A stretch of DNA of 12,665 bases. Origin: an uncultured bacterium. Lineage in GTDB: Bacteria > Hydrogenedentota > Hydrogenedentia > Hydrogenedentales > JAEUWI01. Positions 7,603-12,665 of this stretch are shown here, one piece after another (position 1 is the first letter of the stretch; every line of letters begins with the position of its first letter). The stretch lies in NCBI GenBank assembly GCA_963977445.1, contig CAXBPH010000205.1:1-12665 (forward strand), read 5' to 3'. The notes below the pieces were generated by a model. The model searched no databases and was not told the origin of the DNA. It saw only the letters and a list, made by a program, of their open reading frames with translations. Both the position numbers and the translations under genes were made by a program.

Positions 7603-9012
7603 TCAGGCCAGAACGCGACGTTCCCAGGGCCCTGTGATAGCCAGTGTCAGGCCGTCGTGTTGAATATTCACAAAGAGGGTCGTGCCGTCGGGCGAAAAGG
7701 TGGCCCCGGCAAATTCGGAGTTCCGGGCGGTAGCATTACGGGCGAACTTGTAAATCTGACCTTCCGGCGTGATACCCACGAGAAACTGCTCGCCCGAGCC
7801 GTCTTCGCAGACTACCAGATCGCCCCAGGGGCTCACGGTGATGTTGTCCGCATTGTCGAGAAGCCCCGCGCTCTGGGATTCAATCGAAAGCTGTAGATAG
7901 GCCGGGGCTACGCGCTCGGCGTCCGTGCCTTCACCTTCACTGGCAAAATAACGCCAAATCTGGCCCTTCTTGATGGGGCCGCCGTTGGTGCAGGCAAAAT
8001 AAATCGAGCCGTTGCCAAACCACATGCCTTCGCCCCGGGCAAAGCGTGCCGCCCCTGCTTCGAAGCCGGTGAAACGCATGTCGTCGTTGGGCGAAAGAGG
8101 GTCGGCCATGTCGATCCACTCAACCGCGATATTCTCACCCACGCGGACGGGCACATCCTGTTCCCAGTTCCGGGCATCGGCACTGGGACGATCCTTGAAA
8201 CACAGGGCCTGTAGTCGGCCACCCTGCTGCATGTCGCCCTTCACGTTGGGAATGAAGCGATAAAAAAGTCCTTCATGGCGATCTTCGGTGAGATAGACAC
8301 AGCCACTCTTGGGGTCCACCGCGACGGCCTCATGGTTGAAGCGGCCCATGGCGGTGAGGGGCACGGGCGCGACGAGCCCTTCGGAATTGGCGGGCACTTC
8401 AAATACGAAGCCGTGATCTTTCTCGGCCAGGTCGTCGGTCTTCTGCACCGTCTCTTCGCAGCTCAACCAGGAGTTCCACGGGGTGGGACCACCGGCGCAA
8501 TTGCGGGTCGTCCCCGCGAGACTCATGAACTGACGCTTCACTTCACCCGTGTGGGTATCAAAGTGAACCGTGGTCGTTCCGCCGAGAGCCGGTGTCTTGC
8601 CATAACCCCGGTCATAGAGAAAGTCTGTATTCAATTGCGCCAACCGCTCGAGCTTGCTGCCAAAGCCCCCGTCTTGATTCGCACCCGGTGACAGCTCGTG
8701 ATTTCGGACGAGTATGGTGAGTCCATCCTCTCCAGGAAAGGCGGCCATACCATCGGGCGCACCAGGCACGAGCAGTCCGTCATCCATATGGTCGCCCACC
8801 CAGGAAACAACGCGGTAGCTAAAACCTTCGGGAAGATCGAGGATACGGTGCGGGTCACGTCGCAGTGCCCCATAGCCCGCCGGGATTTCGGTTGCCTGCA
8901 CACCGGCATAGGCAGTCCGCTGGAAAAGGGTTTCCAGTCCCCGAAATCCAAGGGACACCGCCGCTGCCTGTTTGAGAAAGGTGCGGCGGGAATTCGCCAT
9001 ATTCTTTAACAT
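7603..9012 (-). CDS. phoX: Tat-exported PhoX-family (DUF839) alkaline phosphatase
   Basis: Twin-arginine signal SRRTFLK. Motifs RNHE, NCAGGPTPWNSWLSCEE, MGRFNHEA, RGEG, DNADN, EDG and EFAGATFSPDGTTLFVNIQH. GAGGAG RBS 10 nt upstream of the start. Confidence 0.92.
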   Translation of the reverse strand: MLKNMANSRRTFLKQAAAVSLGFRGLETLFQRTAYAGVQATEIPAGYGALRRDPHRILDLPEGFSYRVVSWVGDHMDDGLLVPGAPDGMAAFPGEDGLTILVRNHELSPGANQDGGFGSKLERLAQLNTDFLYDRGYGKTPALGGTTTVHFDTHTGEVKRQFMSLAGTTRNCAGGPTPWNSWLSCEETVQKTDDLAEKDHGFVFEVPANSEGLVAPVPLTAMGRFNHEAVAVDPKSGCVYLTEDRHEGLFYRFIPNVKGDMQQGGRLQALCFKDRPSADARNWEQDVPVRVGENIAVEWIDMADPLSPNDDMRFTGFEAGAARFARGEGMWFGNGSIYFACTNGGPIKKGQIWRYFASEGEGTDAERVAPAYLQLSIESQSAGLLDNADNITVSPWGDLVVCEDGSGEQFLVGITPEGQIYKFARNATARNSEFAGATFSPDGTTLFVNIQHDGLTLAITGPWERRVLA

Positions 9013-9300
9013 GGATGGGTGTCTCCTCTATATGCCATGTGACTGTCGCAGCCCAAGTTACTAACGTGAGCCCATCGTACGCCCGTCTCGTTTCGGTGCC
9101 GTAAGAAGCGTATTGGTTTTTCGTGAGAAGACCGGAAAAACAGGGCTATTTCGTAGTATCCACGATGTCCAACGTGATTTTTCCTGTAGTTTCTCCTTCG
9201 TAAGTAGGCATAATACAGGCCCAAGTAGACGCCCCGTTCCCAGGACTACCGCTACCCATGGGGCATACCCTTTTGCCCCAACATCTTTGGAAGTACCCCA

Positions 9301-10239
9301 ATGAATCGCCAACTCATCGCCTATGCTGCGCTCGCTTCTGCCGTGCTCGGCTGGGCCATTTCCCCTATATTCATGCGACTCCTCGCCGACACCTACGACC
9401 CCTATACACAGGCTTTCCTGCGCTATGGTTCGGCTGCGGTAATCCTGGTGGTTATTTCCTCCATCTGGTTTCGCGACGGTCTCATTGCGGCTATTCGGCG
9501 GCCCAAGGCCACCCTGGGCCTGGCCCTCATCAACACCTGCATGCAAACCACGTGGACCATCTCCCTCTACCACACAACGGCGACCACCGCCCAGCTCATC
9601 ACCAAGACCCAGGTGGTCATGATTATCGCCATGAGCTTTTTCATCTATCACGAAGAGCGGGCCGTCATCACGAGCAAACGCTACATCTTTGGCACCCTCC
9701 TCGGCTTTATTGGCGTGGCGGGCGTGTTGATGGACGACCCGGAAAACTCCATGTTGCCCCAATTAAATCTCGCCGCCGTGCTGCTCCTCTTCACGTCGGT
9801 CTGCTGGTCGGTCTATGCGGTCTGGGGTAAACACATCGTGAAAGACCTCCACCCCGTGCCCATGTTTACCGTCGTGGCCGTCTATACCTCCACCGCTTTC
9901 GCGGTAAACATGTTCCTCTTTGGCGAACCCGCCACCATACTGACCGCAGGCCCCGGCCCCTTGGGTTTTGCCGCCTTCTCGGCGGTGCTGCCCATTGCCA
10001 TCGCCCATTGTGCCTATCACTACGCCCAACGACACCTGGGTTCGGCCTTCTGCATCAGCATGATGCTCATCAACCCCGCAATCACCAACGGCCTCGCCCT
10101 TATCTTCTGGGCCGACGAATCGATGAACATGATTCAGTGGCTGGGTGCGGCCGTGTTAACCCTGGGTAGCTACTTCGTGATTCAAGCCCAGCGGCGCGCC
10201 GCTGCCGCACCACCAGTCAAGCTCCCCCAGCCAACGTAA
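9301..10239 (+). CDS. EamA/DMT family transporter (312 aa)
   Basis: About 10 hydrophobic segments in two repeats, with typical DMT features (AFLRY, TTATTAQLI, GTLLGFIGV, WSVYAVWGK, QWLGAAVLTLG). Confidence 0.92.
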   Translation: MNRQLIAYAALASAVLGWAISPIFMRLLADTYDPYTQAFLRYGSAAVILVVISSIWFRDGLIAAIRRPKATLGLALINTCMQTTWTISLYHTTATTAQLITKTQVVMIIAMSFFIYHEERAVITSKRYIFGTLLGFIGVAGVLMDDPENSMLPQLNLAAVLLLFTSVCWSVYAVWGKHIVKDLHPVPMFTVVAVYTSTAFAVNMFLFGEPATILTAGPGPLGFAAFSAVLPIAIAHCAYHYAQRHLGSAFCISMMLINPAITNGLALIFWADESMNMIQWLGAAVLTLGSYFVIQAQRRAAAAPPVKLPQPT

Positions 10240-10291
10240 TACAGTTGGGCCGGCACGCGCACTTCCCCAACGGCGTAGGCCCATAGCGTAG

Positions 10292-10436
10292 ATTCGCCGT
10301 CTCCTTTCCCCCCGGGGAGACCCACGACCATCAGTCACCCCACAGCCATGCTGACCTGCGTTGGCGCACGCCAAAACTGCCTGGTCCACCTCCACCATAC
10401 ACGTCCCCCACCGACTTCCATCATTCCTTCAAACGC
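10292..10436 (+). pseudogene. Possible eroded N-terminal half of a RAYT-like transposase
   Basis: With frameshifts reads RRLLS-PGETH (cf. RRL..PG.TY), CTG CCT GGT c CAC CTC CAC at 10377-10395 (cf. LPDHLH) and DFHHSFKR at 10413-10436 (cf. HSFK), in the expected order. Confidence 0.4.
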
Positions 10437-10495
10437 GGAAAGCTATGGGATGTCGACTCCTCAAGCCTCTATCTCAGCCATAAACATGATATATT

Positions 10496-10549
10496 TGTCT
10501 ATATTTTATTAGACATTTACTTTACAAAAGTGCTTTTTTGTGGTATCCT
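10496..10549 (+). promoter_or_regulatory. Sigma70-type promoter with overlapping operator-like repeats
   Basis: TTTACA(10521-10526)-N17-TATCCT(10544-10549) with an extended TGn. Dyads TGTCTA-N8-TAGACA (10496-10515) and ACAAAA-N6-TTTTGT (10524-10541). Strongly AT-rich island. Confidence 0.65.
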
Positions 10550-10603
10550 TCTTACGTAGTGGTCAATGGAGCCCCGTTGCGCCACATCGGAGGAACTACG
10601 AAG

Positions 10604-11092
10604 ATGCAAACTCATCTCTTGTCCCAGGAGCAACGACTACCAGCACCGCTGGCGAAAGTCTTTCCCTTTTTCTCGCGGCCGGAAAACCTCCAACGGCTGA
10701 CCCCCGAGTTCATGGGCATGAAGGTACTCACGCCCCGCCCCATTCCCATGCATGTTGGCGCCATTGTCGACTACGTAGTGTCCCTGAATGGTCTGCCCAT
10801 GCGCTGGACTACCTGTATCTCCGAGTACGAACCGCCCCACCGCTTCGTGGATGTCCAACTCAAGGGGCCCTATTCCTTCTGGCACCACACCCACACCTTT
10901 GAGGCCGATGGGGACGACACAATAATTCGGGACGAAGTCCGCTATCTTCTACCCTTTGGTCCTGTGGGCCGGGTTGTGGCGAAACTCATGGTACGACGCC
11001 AGTTGGACACGATATTCACCTACCGCAAGGCCTATCTCGAAGCAATAACCGACTGGAACACGATCAACGAAACTCAGGAGGGGGCAGCATGA
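10604..11092 (+). CDS. SRPBCC/START-like family protein (162 aa)
   Basis: VFPFFSRPENLQRLTP, RWTTCI, RFVDVQLKGPYSFWHHTHTF, DEVRY, IFTYR. GGAGGA RBS supports ATG 10604 over TTG 10538. Confidence 0.9.
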   Translation: MQTHLLSQEQRLPAPLAKVFPFFSRPENLQRLTPEFMGMKVLTPRPIPMHVGAIVDYVVSLNGLPMRWTTCISEYEPPHRFVDVQLKGPYSFWHHTHTFEADGDDTIIRDEVRYLLPFGPVGRVVAKLMVRRQLDTIFTYRKAYLEAITDWNTINETQEGAA

Positions 11093-11850
11093 TAGATGGC
11101 GGACATGAAGAGCGCGTAGCGATTCTGGATCCACAGAGTGGCATTGCTGCCGAGGTGATTGAGCAGCTATTGGCTCGAAAAGTCAGCGTCGCGGTACTCG
11201 GTCGTGATCTTGCGGGCTTCGATAGCACACGCATAGCCGCAACCCGTCAGTGCGATTTGACGAACTTTGACAACCTTTCCGAAGCGCTAAACGAGGTTAC
11301 CGAAGAGCTCGGCGGCTTGACGGGTCTGGTCAATTGCGCGGGCTCCATGCTCTTGAAACCCGCCCATCTGACTTCCCGTGCGGATTTTGATGAGATAGTG
11401 GCCTCCAACCTCACCACGGCCTTTGCCATGGTCCGCTGTGCGAAATCGATATTCAAGGGGGACGGAGGCTCCGTTGTGCTCCTCTCCTCCGCGGCAGCAA
11501 CCCTGGGCATGGGAAACCACGAGATTCTCTCCGCAACCAAAGCCGCCGTGGAGAACTTGGCGCGCGCTGCAGCCGCCACCTATTACAGCAGCGACATCCG
11601 CTTCAATGTGGTGGCACCGGGCCTGATAGAAACGGCCCTTTCTCACCAACTGACCCAAATTCCGGCCCCACGCAACATTTCTAACACGCTACACCCCTTG
11701 GGAGAATTGGGAATGCCTTCCGATATTGCCCGGGCCATCTGCTGGCTCCTCGACCCCGATCAATCCTGGATAACCGGACAAATTCTCGGGGTAGACGGTG
11801 GATTGTATCGGGTACAAACTCGCCCCAGCATGAGTATCGGAGGCACATGA
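11089..11850 (+). CDS. SDR family oxidoreductase, atypical motifs
   Basis: GLVNCAGS, GSVVLLSSAAA, IRFNVVAPGLIET, WITGQILGVDGG. ATGA overlap with the upstream gene. Confidence 0.88.
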   Translation: MIDGGHEERVAILDPQSGIAAEVIEQLLARKVSVAVLGRDLAGFDSTRIAATRQCDLTNFDNLSEALNEVTEELGGLTGLVNCAGSMLLKPAHLTSRADFDEIVASNLTTAFAMVRCAKSIFKGDGGSVVLLSSAAATLGMGNHEILSATKAAVENLARAAAATYYSSDIRFNVVAPGLIETALSHQLTQIPAPRNISNTLHPLGELGMPSDIARAICWLLDPDQSWITGQILGVDGGLYRVQTRPSMSIGGT

Positions 11851-12296
11851 TTTCCGATACGGTGCTACTCCTCGCAAACGCGGCAAGCACCCTGGCTCTC
11901 TTTGGCCTCATATGGACCATCCAGTTGGTGCACTACCCCACGTTCCTCCACATTGCCCCAGAGAGATTTCTTCAATTCGAGGCCTTTCACCAGCGCCAGA
12001 TATCATTCGTGGTCTTGCCGCTCATGGTGGTGGAACTTCTCAGCACCCTCTACCTCTTTTTTGTCCCGCCTGCCATTTTACCTGCCTGGTGTGCAACGAT
12101 CGGTGTTCTACTCCTGGCGATAATCTGGACGTCCACCTTTCTCATTCAGGTCCCCCTCCACAACGTGCTCTCCAAAGGCTACGACGAACTTACAATAACG
12201 CGTCTCGTGCGGAGCAATTGGATTCGGACCATTGCCTGGTCTCTTCGTTCTGCGGTCGTACTTTGGGGGCTGTGGTGTGTAATGGCCGCAAAATAA
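11847..12296 (+). CDS. Conserved-looking hypothetical membrane protein (about 4 TM, 149 aa)
   Basis: ATGA overlap with the SDR. Hydrophobic helices with LIWTIQLVHYP, QVPLH and NWIRTIAW motifs. Confidence 0.85.
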   Translation: MISDTVLLLANAASTLALFGLIWTIQLVHYPTFLHIAPERFLQFEAFHQRQISFVVLPLMVVELLSTLYLFFVPPAILPAWCATIGVLLLAIIWTSTFLIQVPLHNVLSKGYDELTITRLVRSNWIRTIAWSLRSAVVLWGLWCVMAAK

Positions 12297-12365
12297 GGCC
12301 GTAACCCACGTCGCGGCGCTGCGACTCAAGCTGTGCCGCCACACAAACGCTATCGGGTTCCTGAC

Positions 12366-12665
12366 TTAATTGCTTTCCAGAAAGTCCAATAGCGGCCCGA
12401 TAAACCGGTCATAGGTTTCGATGTGGGGCAGGTGGCCTACGCCATCGAGCAACACCAGCTTCGCATTGGGGATAGCTTCCGCCGCTTCTTTACCCAGTAC
12501 CTCATATTGACCCAGGGTGGCCCGCTTCGCATCGTCAACCATGTCCTTACCCAGGGCAGTCGTGTCCCGACCACCGATAATGAGAAGGGTCTCGGCCTGG
12601 ATATTGGGAAATTCATGTATGACAGGCTGGGTGTAAATCATGTCATAGGTGAGGGCCTGTACCCG
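12366..12665 (-). CDS. Alpha/beta hydrolase, C-terminal part (5' end outside window)
   Basis: Frame open to the window edge (RVQALTYDMIYTQP...). TLLIIGGRDTTA (catalytic Asp region) and IPNAKLVLLDGVGHLPHIE (catalytic His). Confidence 0.88.
   Translation of the reverse strand, partial: RVQALTYDMIYTQPVIHEFPNIQAETLLIIGGRDTTALGKDMVDDAKRATLGQYEVLGKEAAEAIPNAKLVLLDGVGHLPHIETYDRFIGPLLDFLESN

Noticed and set aside
6865..7896. 343-aa + strand ORF, including RRINRALSSTG that looks RAYT-like
   Set aside because: Overlaps two real genes and has R/S/P-rich shadow composition. The RRINR segment lies upstream of the HUH-like block, out of order for a RAYT.
9013..9300. Pho box upstream of phoX
   Set aside because: Only isolated GTCAC/GTAAC-like half-sites, with no convincing 11-bp-spaced direct repeat.
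12310..12325. GTCGCGGCGCTGCGAC hairpin as a bidirectional terminator
   Set aside because: Short stem with no U-tract on either strand, so too weak to call.

Overview
GC-rich bacterial DNA with nine credible CDSs: a stand-alone GAF protein, a 69-aa membrane protein, a 2-TM K+ channel with tandem RCK modules, a ~947-aa secreted glycoside-hydrolase-like protein, a Tat-exported PhoX-family phosphatase, an EamA/DMT transporter and a coupled SRPBCC-SDR-membrane protein operon. The 3' end of an alpha/beta hydrolase runs off the window. The most unusual signal is intergenic. There is an exact 234-bp direct repeat (1-234/375-608) and a second, blockwise-conserved ~244-bp repeat (1936-2179/7235-7477). 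Both repeats, and a third spacer (~10292-10436), read on the + strand as eroded motif series of REP-associated/IS200-like HUH (Y1) transposases (RAYT). The two family-2 copies share the same inactivating lesions, and their conserved blocks form hairpins, suggesting a transposase-derived non-autonomous or exapted element family. Also seen: a 5'-truncated paralog of the small membrane gene abutting a probable dehydrogenase fragment, and a possible CarH/LitR-like operator at the SRPBCC promoter. All family calls are by eye; no searches were run.
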